Source: Bacteroidota bacterium
GTDB taxonomy: Bacteria; Bacteroidota; Bacteroidia; JAIBAJ01
Assembly: GCA_947475205.1 (NCBI GenBank)
Contig: CANJNG010000006.1
Location: 259 to 64,258, forward strand
Direction of reading: 5' to 3'
DNA length: 64,000 bases
Shown here one piece after another: positions 50,899 to 61,542 of this stretch; the stretch's first letter is position 1; every line of letters starts with the position of its first letter. The notes beneath the pieces are model-generated. The model had not been told where the DNA came from. It worked only from the letters and a program-made list of their open reading frames with translations, and made no database searches. A program made the position numbers and the translations under genes.

Positions 50899-51351
50899 CT
50901 ATCGGCGTAATCCATCAGCCAACTTTTCAAACATCCCTTTATGAATATTTGAAAGCAGATTGATGAAATAGTTCGCAATAAGTACGTTTCCTGTTACTTC
51001 TACCAATTCCGTTACGCTTACTCGATTCAGATCGGGATTTGTTTCAAACTTGAAGTCAATGGTCAGGTGAATGCCTTTTTGCACCTGAGAAAGGTATCGG
51101 ATGTGCTTATTCTTTTCTAATTCTAATATCTCTGCCTTGTAATAAGGCTTCATTTTAATAACCCAAAGCAGGGCTATTTCTTCAAACACTTCGTATTCTT
51201 TCCCTCCGTTTGAGCCTACTCCCAAATGATTTACAACCTTCATATTCGGGTGCAAGTGGCCAAAGGTTTTGAAATCGGAGATGTAAGGGTAAATTGTTTC
51301 TAATCCGGCAGCGAACTGATAAGTAAGCACCCTATTTGCCTTGCCACTCAT
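50899..51351 (-). CDS. SRPBCC/START-like protein
   Basis: 150 aa; 'IYPYISDF..F..LHP' typical of the polyketide cyclase/SRPBCC fold. Confidence 0.65.
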   Translation of the reverse strand: MSGKANRVLTYQFAAGLETIYPYISDFKTFGHLHPNMKVVNHLGVGSNGGKEYEVFEEIALLWVIKMKPYYKAEILELEKNKHIRYLSQVQKGIHLTIDFKFETNPDLNRVSVTELVEVTGNVLIANYFINLLSNIHKGMFEKLADGLRR

Positions 51352-51375
51352 TATACTATGAATATAAAGATTATC

Positions 51376-52020
51376 CTATTTTCCCCACTCACCCGGATTC
51401 TCTCTCCAGTTCTTCAAGGTGCTTAAATCTTTTTCAAGAATCAGATTATTTTCCAAGGCGGAACTAATCATCAACTCATAATCGCAAAGGGTAATGAGCG
51501 GGCATTTTGCTTTTTTGAAGGCATCGGTAGCAGTTTGAAACCCGTAAGTAAAAATAGCGGCCATTCCTTTTACATCGGCTCCGGCATTTCGGAGTGCTTC
51601 CACCGCCTTGAGGCTACTACCACCCGTAGAAATTAAGTCTTCAATCACCACAACAGTTTGCCCTTTTTCTATCTTCCCTTCAATCAAATTGGCCATTCCA
51701 TGTTCTTTCGGAGCGGAACGCACATACACAAACGGAAGTCCCAATTCCTGAGCCACCAATACTCCTTGAGCAATTGCTCCGGTAGCTACTCCGGCAATAA
51801 GGTCGGGTTGGCCAAACTTTTCGGTTACCGCTTTTGCCAGTTCCTGTCGGATAAATGTGCGGATATTTGGGTAAGAAAGCGTTACACGATTGTCGCAATA
51901 AATAGGTGATTTCCAGCCCGAAGCCCAGGTGAATGGCTGGTTGGGTTGTAGCTTAACGGCTTGGGCTTGCAATAGAAATTGTGATACTTTAGCAGCAATA
52001 TTCCGGTTGTAAATACTCAT
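51376..52020 (-). CDS. pyrE: Orotate phosphoribosyltransferase
   Basis: 'FTWASGWKSPIYCDNR', PRPP motif 'VVVIEDLISTGGS'. Confidence 0.96.
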   Translation of the reverse strand: MSIYNRNIAAKVSQFLLQAQAVKLQPNQPFTWASGWKSPIYCDNRVTLSYPNIRTFIRQELAKAVTEKFGQPDLIAGVATGAIAQGVLVAQELGLPFVYVRSAPKEHGMANLIEGKIEKGQTVVVIEDLISTGGSSLKAVEALRNAGADVKGMAAIFTYGFQTATDAFKKAKCPLITLCDYELMISSALENNLILEKDLSTLKNWRENPGEWGK

Positions 52021-52044
52021 TCGGCAAACCTACTTAAAAAATCT

Positions 52045-52635
52045 ATGGTGCAAGTTTATGTGAACAATATCCCTGTTATTTCTTCTGAAAAAAATAAAAA
52101 CAGGGCTAAAAATGAAGGAAAAAGCGTTTTAGAAATAATCAAAGCTATTGAATCAGGTGAAGTTTCTGAGTCGGTGTCCGTTGCCTTATCGCAAACGGAA
52201 TTGTTGGACGAAATATTAAGAGAAGCCAAATTGGTAGAAGCTGCCGGAGGGATAGTGTTTGAACCGGATGGGAGATTTCTCCTCTTCTTTAGGCGGGGAT
52301 GGTGGGATTTGCCCAAAGGAAAAATTGATAAGGGCGAAAGCCCGGAGCAAGCTGCATTGCGGGAGGTGTGGGAAGAATGCGGATTGGAGAACCTGAAAAT
52401 AAAAGCACCTTTACCCGATTCGTATCACACATACCGTGAAAAAGGCAAATTGATTTTGAAGAAAACCTATTGGTATTTTATGAGCATCCCCGAAAAGCAA
52501 AACCCTATACTGCAAACCGAGGAAGATATTGAGGATTCGGTATGGGTAAGTTTTGAAGAGATGGATGCGTATCAGTATAAAACCTACCCGAATATTTTGG
52601 AAGTGGTGAGAAGCAGTCAGCAATTACTATCATAA
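52045..52635 (+). CDS. NUDIX hydrolase
   Basis: Nudix box 'GKIDKGESPEQAALREVWEECG'. Confidence 0.92.
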   Translation: MVQVYVNNIPVISSEKNKNRAKNEGKSVLEIIKAIESGEVSESVSVALSQTELLDEILREAKLVEAAGGIVFEPDGRFLLFFRRGWWDLPKGKIDKGESPEQAALREVWEECGLENLKIKAPLPDSYHTYREKGKLILKKTYWYFMSIPEKQNPILQTEEDIEDSVWVSFEEMDAYQYKTYPNILEVVRSSQQLLS

Positions 52636-52726
52636 TTAGGCATAATAACTTTGTCCTTTTAAGTAATGAAAATTGGACAGAATTTGCCCTTTCCGCTAAA
52701 TTTGCCGTCTTAAAACTTTTGCTTTT

Positions 52727-53212
52727 ATGATTATATCGCTCATTGCTGCTGTTTCTGAAAATTTCGCTATTGGTAAAGACAAAAAACTGCTTTGGCATTT
52801 ACCCGCCGATCTAAAGTTCTTTAAAGAGAAAACGCTCGGGCATTGCATTATTATGGGTCGGAAAACCTTTGAATCGGTGGGTAAACCGCTACCCGGCCGA
52901 AGAAACATTGTAATTACCCGCAACGAAAACTGGAAAGCCGAAGGAGTGGAAGTGGTTAAATCGCTTGAGGAAGCTCTTAGCTTATCTAAAGATGATGCAG
53001 AACCAATGATAGTGGGTGGTGCAGAAATTTATACATTAGCCTTGCCCTTAGCCAACCGAATATACTTAACACAGGTGGAAGTACACATTGAAGGAGATAC
53101 TTTTTTCCCATATATTTCTGTAGAAGACTGGACGGTTACTTCCGATGTATTTCATCCAAAAGACGAAAAGAATACCTTGGATTTTAGCTTTGTTCAGTTG
53201 GATAGGAAATAG
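52727..53212 (+). CDS. folA: Dihydrofolate reductase
   Basis: 'WHLPADLKFFK', 'IMGRKTFESV', 'PLPGRRNIV', 'GGAEIY', 'GDTFFP'. Confidence 0.96.
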   Translation: MIISLIAAVSENFAIGKDKKLLWHLPADLKFFKEKTLGHCIIMGRKTFESVGKPLPGRRNIVITRNENWKAEGVEVVKSLEEALSLSKDDAEPMIVGGAEIYTLALPLANRIYLTQVEVHIEGDTFFPYISVEDWTVTSDVFHPKDEKNTLDFSFVQLDRK

Positions 53213-53304
53213 TTTTGGGTTGCAGAAATTAAACTTGATACTTCTAAATGCAAAATGCCGGTTGTGACTAAAACTACTTACTTCTTCTGCGAACCATTGT
53301 TTTC

Positions 53305-55149
53305 TTAGTTTACCTTATCACCCCTTAACTCCCGGAAACGTTTACGGGCTTCAACCGTAAGTAAACTACCGGGATAGCGTAACAGAAACTCCTGATACAA
53401 GTCCCGGGCTTTGTCTTTATTGGCCAAACGGGTTTCATTTAGTTCGGCTAATTTAAACAGTGCATCGTCGGCTAATATTTCATCCGGATAGGTTTGATAA
53501 ATGGCACTCAAATAGCTGGCAGCCGTGTCGTTTTGGTTTCGTTTCAGGGCAATTTGGTATTTAATAAACAGAATATCATCGGCCAGCATATTTCCCGGAA
53601 ATTGCGGATTGATGGAATCTAAAACTTGCAGAGCTTCACTGTCTTTATTCTGAAATTTCAGCAAATCAGCTTTCGCGAATAAAATCAATGCTCCACCGGT
53701 GCTGTCTTCAATAATGTTATCGCCGATGAGTAATGCCAAGTAGAGTGCATCGTTGGCTATGAGTTGCGAAGTGGCCGATTTCAGCACGTTAAGCTGAGCC
53801 TGTGCCCATTCAAATTCTCCTTTAAAATAGGATAGTCGGGCGTTTCTTAGTTTTGCTTCCTGACCAATGGGGTCGTTCTTAAACATCTTCTCGGCTTGCG
53901 AATACATTAAACTGGCATCCCACACTTCGCCAATAAACAAAAGGGCATCGCCCAACTCCATTTTGGCTTCGGCCAGTTCGCGTTGGTTAATTCCGGGAAT
54001 ATCGATGCATTGTTCAAGCAGCGAAATGGCCGAATCGGGTTTGTTTAGTGAAAAGGTTTCTAAATGTGCCCATCCCCGAATGAGTTTTACCGTTTGCTGG
54101 GTTTTCCCCAATTCGTTTACCGTTGTCCGATACAGCGTTTCTAAATCTGTAATGTCCTTTTGGGTGAAATTTCCACTTTCAGTTATCTTTTTATTCATAA
54201 CCTCCACCAAATCCATTTTAGCCGGAATATAATACCCGTTTTCATCCCCTTTATCTATAACATATTTAAGGCATTTCACCGCCACATCCCAAGCCTGATT
54301 TGTCCGGCAGAGCGAAGCTAAGTTCATCAGGCGTTGTCCTTCTTCTTTAAACCGTTTATCTAAAGCCTTACTTTGAACAAAGGCCGATTCAAAATCTTTA
54401 GCCTGAATATATTGCCAGATAAGCAAATCACTGAACACATTCCTGTCGGGGTTTTCCTGAATTTTTCGTATCAAAAGTTCCATTAAAAACGTATTCTTCT
54501 TCCCGTTTGAATCATCGGCAAGCATAGTTTGCAGGGCATTCTGCACATTTTGAAGCAGGCCTTCGTTTTCGTTTACGGCATCTATATATTCATTGAAAAC
54601 CTTCGGAACATCTTTTTTAGCTGCGTAAATATCGGCCAGCTCGAAATGAAAAGCTAAAATTCCGCCAAATAGTTTCCTGCCCTTTTCATACGTTTTTATG
54701 GCATAATCAGCTTCGCCTCTGTCTTGAAATGCCTGAGCCGTGTTGCGGATTTCCTGTTCATTTGCTCGGAGTAGTTTCAGAGCCTTATCGTATTGCTCGT
54801 AGCCCTTATCCTTTTCACCTTTCAAGAGATGGATATAGCCCAAATCAATAATGTAGGGGTTTTCGTAGGGATATTTTTTTACTTGCTTTTTGGCCAACTT
54901 CTCAGCATCGGCAAAGTTTTGAAGCTCCATCAGACAAGCCAGATAATCGTTGTAATAAATCTCTCCACCCCGATTATCGTATAGCTTTTCGTAGAGTTGC
55001 AAAGCCTTATCAAATTCTTTGTTTTGAAGATATTGCCTAGCCAGCTTTTCATCAGTTCCTTTCTGAGCCAATAAACCCGCCGGCAACAGGAAAACAAAAA
55101 ATAGCAGGGATAAATAGTGTCTCAAAATTTCGGAAGGAATTCGATGCAA
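53305..55149 (-). CDS. Tetratricopeptide repeat protein (exported)
   Basis: Signal peptide, multiple TPR-like helical repeats; start uncertain. Confidence 0.85.
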   Translation of the reverse strand: MHRIPSEILRHYLSLLFFVFLLPAGLLAQKGTDEKLARQYLQNKEFDKALQLYEKLYDNRGGEIYYNDYLACLMELQNFADAEKLAKKQVKKYPYENPYIIDLGYIHLLKGEKDKGYEQYDKALKLLRANEQEIRNTAQAFQDRGEADYAIKTYEKGRKLFGGILAFHFELADIYAAKKDVPKVFNEYIDAVNENEGLLQNVQNALQTMLADDSNGKKNTFLMELLIRKIQENPDRNVFSDLLIWQYIQAKDFESAFVQSKALDKRFKEEGQRLMNLASLCRTNQAWDVAVKCLKYVIDKGDENGYYIPAKMDLVEVMNKKITESGNFTQKDITDLETLYRTTVNELGKTQQTVKLIRGWAHLETFSLNKPDSAISLLEQCIDIPGINQRELAEAKMELGDALLFIGEVWDASLMYSQAEKMFKNDPIGQEAKLRNARLSYFKGEFEWAQAQLNVLKSATSQLIANDALYLALLIGDNIIEDSTGGALILFAKADLLKFQNKDSEALQVLDSINPQFPGNMLADDILFIKYQIALKRNQNDTAASYLSAIYQTYPDEILADDALFKLAELNETRLANKDKARDLYQEFLLRYPGSLLTVEARKRFRELRGDKVN

Positions 55150-55209
55150 AGCTATGCGAATTGGGGGTAGTGGGGATGGGACGAATAATATTACTGAATG
55201 GCTCTATTC

Positions 55210-55872
55210 CTATGTTATACTTTCCAAAAACTCCACCAAAAACCCCGAAAGATTTTCCACTGCCCCTTTCAAATCCCATTTTCGTTTATCGCGTTCGCCC
55301 ACATAGTTTGAAACCGAGCGTATTTGAATGCATTGCGTTTTAAATAGGGTAGCGGCATAAAACACCGCCGCCCCTTCCATACTTTCCAGTTTGGGTTTAA
55401 ACTGTCGTTGCAGGTAGGATATGATTGATACCCTTCCCGAGCCTGTATTCTTGGTAATAGCAATAGCTTTAGGAAGGTGTTCGAACCTTTGCTTAAAATC
55501 ACCCGGGTTCGCCATTAACTGAATATCCTCCTGCCTGGCCAAGCCTAATTGCGTTATGGGTATAAACTTCTGCCCCATTTCCACGCCTAGGTCAGCAATA
55601 GAATCAGTTTCCACATAAAAGAGTGATGCCAGTGCAACCGTTTTATCAAACGAACCGGCAACGCCAATATTCAGGACCAAATCATATTTATTTACTGCTA
55701 ATTCTCCGGCGACAACCGCCGCAGCTGCAACCATTCCAACTCCCGTTATTAATAACCTTAAAGAGGTTGCTTCAATTTGGAATGTACTGTTTTCGGCGGT
55801 AATATCAATATTTAGCTTCCTTAAAAAAGGCTCAATCTCAAGCCTAGTTGCGGATACAATCAGTAATTTCAT
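55210..55872 (-). CDS. mqnB: Futalosine hydrolase
   Basis: PNP/MTAN fold 'ITGVGMV', 'NIGVAGS', 'ESMEGAA', 'IRSVSNYV'; coupled to mqnD. Confidence 0.85.
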   Translation of the reverse strand: MKLLIVSATRLEIEPFLRKLNIDITAENSTFQIEATSLRLLITGVGMVAAAAVVAGELAVNKYDLVLNIGVAGSFDKTVALASLFYVETDSIADLGVEMGQKFIPITQLGLARQEDIQLMANPGDFKQRFEHLPKAIAITKNTGSGRVSIISYLQRQFKPKLESMEGAAVFYAATLFKTQCIQIRSVSNYVGERDKRKWDLKGAVENLSGFLVEFLESIT

Positions 55873-56684
55873 CAGCTAACAACTGGTTTTGAAACAATGG
55901 AATCCATTAATTCAATTGCTTGTCTTCCTTCTTTGCCTAAGCTCAGCGAAAAGTCATTTACATATAAATCAATATGTTTCTGCATTACCGCTTCATCCAT
56001 TTCCTGAGCGTGCTGCCGAACAAAGAGCATAACCCTATCCGTGTTAGTTCTTGCATACAGGATACTCTGAAGTAAAATATCAGAGACTAAATCAGCAAAC
56101 TCTTTACCTAAGTTTTTCTTAGCAACTATGCCTCCCAGTGGTATTGGTAATTTAGTTTTCGATTCCCAATATTCGCCCAAATCCACAATCTTTTTTAATC
56201 CTTTATCCTGATAGGTAAATCTGTTTTCATGAATAATTACGCCACAATCTACCAGTTCGTTTATAATGGCACCTTCAATTTCGTTAAAGATCATAAACTT
56301 CTTAGCCACCTCGTCATGTTGAAAGTAAGAAAATAGAAAATTCGCAGTTGTATCTTTCCCGGGAATTGCAACAGTAACATTGCTAGGCAAAGGCACCTCC
56401 ATATTAAATTCGGACTTAGCCAAGGTAACCAATAAGGGACCTACACCTCTTCCTAATGCACTTCCTGAATCAAGTAGGTTGTAATTGTCTTTTACTTGGC
56501 AATAGGTGTAGAAGCTCAATTTGGTAATGTCTATTCCATCATTCAACGCAAGCTTATTCAGTTCCTGAACATCCTTCATCACTGGGATAAATGTTATTCC
56601 GTGGGTATCCACCAAGCCTTCCAGCATCGCACAAAACATAAATGTGTCGTTCGGGCAGGGCGATAGACCAATTTCAAATTCCAT
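55872..56684 (-). CDS. mqnD: 1,4-dihydroxy-6-naphthoate synthase
   Basis: 'SPCPNDTF', 'GSALGRGVGP', 'IIHENRFTY', 'LPIPLG', 'HIDLYVN'. Confidence 0.93.
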   Translation of the reverse strand: MEFEIGLSPCPNDTFMFCAMLEGLVDTHGITFIPVMKDVQELNKLALNDGIDITKLSFYTYCQVKDNYNLLDSGSALGRGVGPLLVTLAKSEFNMEVPLPSNVTVAIPGKDTTANFLFSYFQHDEVAKKFMIFNEIEGAIINELVDCGVIIHENRFTYQDKGLKKIVDLGEYWESKTKLPIPLGGIVAKKNLGKEFADLVSDILLQSILYARTNTDRVMLFVRQHAQEMDEAVMQKHIDLYVNDFSLSLGKEGRQAIELMDSIVSKPVVS

Positions 56685-57185
56685 CTATACTGTAGCTATT
56701 CCGTTAATTTTACAAAGTAAACCTAAGTGCCCACAATGAACACCTTCGTGTCGAATAGTATGTTGAAATATTGCTCTTACTGAATCATCTCCTGAAAAGC
56801 TTAGGGCTTTGTAGTTCTTCATGGCTAATTGTTCATCAGTTAGCGTAATTGCATTTTCAAGAACGTACTGGTGAACTAACTTAAAGAAATCTAAAACACT
56901 TTTGAAAGGAGGAAGTTCGGCAGAGTCGGAAATTTTACTTCCGATGGAGAATAGTTTTAACCATTCAGGAGCATCCATCTTTTGATTTAAGCAGGAACGT
57001 ACAATCAAAAAATATTCGGCCCAAGCCAAGTGGCCAATTATCCAATAATAGGAATTTAAATCAACCCCATCAAAGGTATAGGTCTTTAATGGATCAATTT
57101 CTTTGAGTTTTGATAAGTAATATTTGGTTAGCTGTCTTTGCGAATCAAATATTTCGGTTAGTATGTCGGCTTCTGATTTTGGCAT
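56685..57185 (-). CDS. DinB family protein
   Basis: 'WIIGHLAWAE', 'RHEGVHCGHL'. Confidence 0.8.
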   Translation of the reverse strand: MPKSEADILTEIFDSQRQLTKYYLSKLKEIDPLKTYTFDGVDLNSYYWIIGHLAWAEYFLIVRSCLNQKMDAPEWLKLFSIGSKISDSAELPPFKSVLDFFKLVHQYVLENAITLTDEQLAMKNYKALSFSGDDSVRAIFQHTIRHEGVHCGHLGLLCKINGIATV

Positions 57186-57225
57186 GGATATTTTGTGCTA
57201 AGATAAACGGGCTTTAGTAAATGTC

Positions 57226-57264
57226 AAAAAAGAAGCCCTTCGAACTTAATCGAAGGGCTTCTTT
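57226..57264 (-). terminator. Intrinsic terminator after the OmpA-family gene
   Basis: AAAGAAGCCCTTCGA-ACTTAA-TCGAAGGGCTTCTTT with T-run on the minus strand. Confidence 0.85.
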
Positions 57265-57285
57265 AAATTTAATACTATGAGATTA

Positions 57286-58788
57286 TTATTTTACAATAAC
57301 GAAATCTACACGACGATTTACATTGTATGCATCTTTAACACCTGTTAGTGGCTCAGAATTACCACGTGTTTCAGTAGTGATACGTCCAGCATCAACACCG
57401 TAAACTTTCTTCAAGTTATCAGCAGCAGCTTTAGAACGTTTTTCAGCTAACGTTTTGTTGTAGCCTTCTGAACCTGTTTGGTCAGCGTTACCAATAATTC
57501 TTAGTTTAGCACTTGGTGCAGCTTTCAACGCTTGAGCAACTTCAGCTAACTTGTCGTAACTAGACCAGTAGTCGATTTGTGAGCTATTAACTTTGAAGTA
57601 GATTGAAGGTAAGCCACCAGAAACATAAGTTGTTGAAGATTCAGCAGCAGCTTTGCCGGGTTGAACTTCAATTTTCTTGCCTTGGAAGTTAACTAAAGCA
57701 CCAGCTGGAGTGTTAGGCTCTAGGTCTTTGCTGTCGCCAACACCGTCTCCGTCAGAATCAAGTTCTTTACCGTCTGAACCAACTTTTGCACCTTTAGCTG
57801 TGAATGGATCAGCATCTAAATGATCTGGAACACCATCACCATCAGTATCCATTGCACGACCTGCACCATCAACTGTTACACCAGCAGCAGTATTAGGCTC
57901 TTTGTCGAAATGATCACCTACACCATCACCGTCAGTATCTTTAGTTAAACCGTCAATATTGGTTTGAACCTCGTCCATGTTAGTAGCAATATCAGCATAA
58001 GGGTTAGTCCATTCAGCAGCTTCTTCAGCACCTTTCTTGCCAAATTTCATAGCTAAACCAAGGCTGGTGTACATATATTTGTCTCTAGATGTTAGAGCCT
58101 TTGCTGTCGCATCCAATTTATCAGAGTTAACATTATATAGCGTGTTTTCTATTGTCAAATCCAAAGATTTACTTAAACGAAATTTTATGCCTAATCCAAC
58201 TGGAATTACTACCTCACTGGTCATTGCTTTCTTTTCTGTGCCTTGTGTTTTATAGCCTTGTGAAGCAATCCAAACATCATCCTTTAAACCTTTCTTTAAG
58301 GTACGGAAATGCATCAAACCAACTCCGGCAAGCCCATAAACTGTAATTTTGCGAGCTTTTGTTTTGTCAGAGAAGAACATGTTTGATATGTTTGCAGTAA
58401 GGGTCAAATCATATTCAATAAGTTTAGTGTTAATGTATGATCCACCATGGTTTGCAACACTTGGAGTGGTAGCTCTTTTCATCCCGGCCAATGTTCCATA
58501 CATCAATGAACCCCTTACTCCCCAAATATTGCCTAAGGTACGAGATACATTGCCTTGAACTCCAAAGCCCAATTCAGAGCGGCTTGAGCCATTTTTGTGC
58601 ATTACCGGAGCCCAATCGTATTGTTTTATGTCTCCATAAAACATATTTACTCCTCCGTTAATCCCAACAGACCATTTTTTGTAGGCTTTTTTAGGGATTG
58701 CTGTCCCTCCCGCTGCAGCAGCACCTTGACCGAAGGTAGTGGATGCCATTGCTGATACTAATGTTAGTAATAATAATTGTTTTTTCAT
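57286..58788 (-). CDS. OmpA family outer-membrane protein with thrombospondin type 3 repeats
   Basis: Signal peptide, beta-barrel, 'DTDGDGV.D..D' repeats, 'YNKTLAEKRS', 'NRRVDF'. Confidence 0.92.
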   Translation of the reverse strand: MKKQLLLLTLVSAMASTTFGQGAAAAGGTAIPKKAYKKWSVGINGGVNMFYGDIKQYDWAPVMHKNGSSRSELGFGVQGNVSRTLGNIWGVRGSLMYGTLAGMKRATTPSVANHGGSYINTKLIEYDLTLTANISNMFFSDKTKARKITVYGLAGVGLMHFRTLKKGLKDDVWIASQGYKTQGTEKKAMTSEVVIPVGLGIKFRLSKSLDLTIENTLYNVNSDKLDATAKALTSRDKYMYTSLGLAMKFGKKGAEEAAEWTNPYADIATNMDEVQTNIDGLTKDTDGDGVGDHFDKEPNTAAGVTVDGAGRAMDTDGDGVPDHLDADPFTAKGAKVGSDGKELDSDGDGVGDSKDLEPNTPAGALVNFQGKKIEVQPGKAAAESSTTYVSGGLPSIYFKVNSSQIDYWSSYDKLAEVAQALKAAPSAKLRIIGNADQTGSEGYNKTLAEKRSKAAADNLKKVYGVDAGRITTETRGNSEPLTGVKDAYNVNRRVDFVIVK

Positions 58789-58894
58789 TTTCTTTATAGT
58801 GTTTACTTTAGGTGTTTTGTTCTACAATTAAGTAGGGGCAAAAGTAGAAAAAAAAATATACGGTTAACAAGTTTGTAATATTTTTTTGATATAA

Positions 58895-59521
58895 CTACTT
58901 TAAAGTGATTCCGTAATCATAGTCTAATGAAATTAAGTGCTTGATATTCAAGTAGTCATTACTGTTCGATACGAAGTCAATAGTATCTGTATTTATCATT
59001 AAAATTCGTTGATTAGTGAGTTGTTTAAGGTAGTTAAGGTAGCCTTTTTGGATATTTTCTAGGTATTCTACTGTTATATTCTGTTCATAACTGCGTCCCC
59101 TTTTTTGTATATTCTTTAAAGCCTTTTGCGGGTCAACGTGCAAATATATCCATAAATCAGGTTTTGGTATTTGATGGAAGATGATTTTATAAATAGTAGT
59201 AAACAATTTATATTCATCGGTCGTTAGGTTGTTTTGTGCAAAAATTAATGACTTTATAATATGGTAGTCGGATATGGTGAAATTATGAAATAAATCCTGC
59301 CCGGTTAGTTCGTTGGCGATATGTTGGTAGCGTTCGGCTAAGAAGGACATTTCGAGCGGGAAGGAATATTGTGCCGGGTTTTCGTAGAACTTTGGCAGAA
59401 ATGGATTGTCGGCAAATTTTTCTAAGATAAGTCGCCCATTAAATTCTTCAGCTAACATAGTGGCAAGCGTTGTTTTCCCCGAGCCAATAATCCCTTCAAT
59501 AACTATGTAATTATACTTCAT
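58895..59521 (-). CDS. Deoxynucleoside kinase
   Basis: 'IEGIIGSGKTT', 'NPFLPKFY', 'KRGRSYE'. Confidence 0.92.
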   Translation of the reverse strand: MKYNYIVIEGIIGSGKTTLATMLAEEFNGRLILEKFADNPFLPKFYENPAQYSFPLEMSFLAERYQHIANELTGQDLFHNFTISDYHIIKSLIFAQNNLTTDEYKLFTTIYKIIFHQIPKPDLWIYLHVDPQKALKNIQKRGRSYEQNITVEYLENIQKGYLNYLKQLTNQRILMINTDTIDFVSNSNDYLNIKHLISLDYDYGITLK

Positions 59522-60612
59522 ACTACATATTCAACTCCGGAAACAGAGTCGGTTTTGGCACCGGTTACTGATTTTAATACATTTATTTGGTTAGCCATTT
59601 TTAAGCATCCTAAAAAACCAAATATTAAGGCTTCTTTAAAATTGATGGTCTTCGAATCGGGAATTGTTACACGAATTGATGTTTCAGCTTTGATTGACTC
59701 AATATAAAAATCATTATACGCTCCGCCTCCCGTTACTAAGAGACTTTTAATGTTGTGCTGCGTTATAGTATTTATTAAAGTTTGTACAAAATGCCTGGAA
59801 AGGGTTACTAAGAAGTCTTCATTAGTTACACCGTATTGATTTAGAATAGGGAAATATGCTTGATTGATTTTTTCTATTCCCATTGATTTAGGGAAAGGCT
59901 CAGAAATAAAAGGCAGCTGATTCAGTTTGTCTAAAAGTTCTTCGTTTACTATTCCCGATTCAGCAAATTTCCCACCATCGTCAAAAGGGCTTCCTAATTG
60001 GTTAGCATAATGATTGAACAATATGTTAAAGGGTGAAATATCTCCGGCAATGTGCTGGCCGTTGTGTTCAAATGAAATGTTGGCAATGCCTCCTAAATTC
60101 AAACAGGCATTATATTCCCCAAAAAGCAATTTGTCGCCAATAGGAACGAGTGGAGCCCCTTGTCCGCCCAAAGCAATATCTAGGCTGCGAAAATCGGCAA
60201 TGGTGCGAATTCTGGTTTTGGCCACAATGCAATTACCATCACCTATCTGTAAGTTTAACCCCAAATGTGGTTCATGGAAAACGGTGTGGCCGTGTGATGC
60301 AATATAGTCGGGCTTTGGGAGGTTATACTTACTAATAAAGCTATTGACCATTTCGCCACTAAAGTTGCCGAAGTTCTTATGCAGTAAAGTGAGGTCTCGG
60401 CCTGAAAGTGTATTGGCTTTACTTAACGATTCCTGCCAAAATGCTGTGTAGGGAATGGTTTCTGCTTCTAAGATTTCAAAGTGCCATTTGGCTTCTGAAA
60501 AACGAAAAGTGCAGTAGCAAATATCAAGTCCGTCGCAGGATGTGCCCGACATTAGCCCTATTGCCCGAAAAAACAAATGGTTTTCTTTTTTCAAAAGAGT
60601 ATCTACGTTCAA
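59518..60612 (-). CDS. anmK: Anhydro-N-acetylmuramic acid kinase
   Basis: 'GLMSGTSCDG', 'SHGHTVFH', 'GGQGAPLVP', 'NLGGIANI', 'KEA'. Confidence 0.94.
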   Translation of the reverse strand: MNVDTLLKKENHLFFRAIGLMSGTSCDGLDICYCTFRFSEAKWHFEILEAETIPYTAFWQESLSKANTLSGRDLTLLHKNFGNFSGEMVNSFISKYNLPKPDYIASHGHTVFHEPHLGLNLQIGDGNCIVAKTRIRTIADFRSLDIALGGQGAPLVPIGDKLLFGEYNACLNLGGIANISFEHNGQHIAGDISPFNILFNHYANQLGSPFDDGGKFAESGIVNEELLDKLNQLPFISEPFPKSMGIEKINQAYFPILNQYGVTNEDFLVTLSRHFVQTLINTITQHNIKSLLVTGGGAYNDFYIESIKAETSIRVTIPDSKTINFKEALIFGFLGCLKMANQINVLKSVTGAKTDSVSGVEYVV

Positions 60613-60642
60613 AAGAATTAGTTTTGCGGCAAATTTTAAAAA

Positions 60643-61131
60643 ATGAATAAACGATTAGCAATAAATGCTTGTATTTATCTTTCCGTGATGGGTTTTGTGG
60701 CCTGTGGCGGAAAACAAACGGCCAAAGATACTATCTCAACCGAAACGGTAGAAAATTCCCAATCAGCAAATGCTGAAACTGCTACCGACACGGCAAATGC
60801 TCCAGTAATGACTTTCGAAAAGGAAAAATATGAATTTGGAAAGATTATCCAAGGTGAGAAAGTTTCGTTCTCTTTCAAATTTACGAATACAGGTAAAACT
60901 GATTTGTTGATTTCAAGTGCTACAGCAAGTTGTGGTTGCACAGTTCCAACATATTCTAAAACTCCTGTAAAGCCGGGCGAAAATGGAAAAATAGATGTCG
61001 TTTTCGATAGTGATGGAAAAAAAGGGACGGTTACCAAACACGTTACTGTTTTGGCTAATACTAATCCTAATTCAAAGGTGTTGGAATTGTCAGGTGAAAT
61101 TCTTGTGCCAGCAGGTTCAGAGCAAAAATAA
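60643..61131 (+). CDS. DUF1573 domain lipoprotein
   Basis: Lipobox 'FVAC'; 'FKFTNTG', 'ASCGCTVP'. Confidence 0.88.
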   Translation: MNKRLAINACIYLSVMGFVACGGKQTAKDTISTETVENSQSANAETATDTANAPVMTFEKEKYEFGKIIQGEKVSFSFKFTNTGKTDLLISSATASCGCTVPTYSKTPVKPGENGKIDVVFDSDGKKGTVTKHVTVLANTNPNSKVLELSGEILVPAGSEQK

Positions 61132-61150
61132 AATTTAAATAATAAACTAA

Positions 61151-61471
61151 ATGTTCAATACTCTTTTAATGGGGCAAGCCCAAGGTGGCAGTGGTGTTTC
61201 GTCGTTGATAATGATGGGGATGATAATGGTGGTGTTTTACTTCTTTATGATTCGTCCTCAAATGAAAAAGTCGAAAGATGAAAAGAAGTTTCGGGAGGAA
61301 ATTAAGAAAGGCGATAAAGTGGTAACAATGGGTGGTATTCATGGTAAGATTGCCGAAATACGCGACACTACTTTTATAATTGACACCGAAGGCGGCGGGA
61401 AACTGAAAATTGAAAAAGCAGCTGTTTCGATGGGATTCACCGGAACGCTGAGCGAAGGTGGCGAGGCTTAG
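61151..61471 (+). CDS. yajC: Preprotein translocase subunit YajC
   Basis: 'FYFFMIRPQ', 'KGDKVVTMGGIHG'. Confidence 0.95.
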   Translation: MFNTLLMGQAQGGSGVSSLIMMGMIMVVFYFFMIRPQMKKSKDEKKFREEIKKGDKVVTMGGIHGKIAEIRDTTFIIDTEGGGKLKIEKAAVSMGFTGTLSEGGEA

Positions 61472-61542
61472 CGTTATTTGAGATTTGCGTTATTGCGAGT
61501 TTCTAAATTTTTTAAATAGTCTTTGATGACTGTTTACATACT

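Noticed and set aside
57720-57945. DxDGDGV repeats in the OmpA-family gene as a DNA repeat element
   Set aside because: Explained by thrombospondin type 3 calcium-binding repeats at the protein level.
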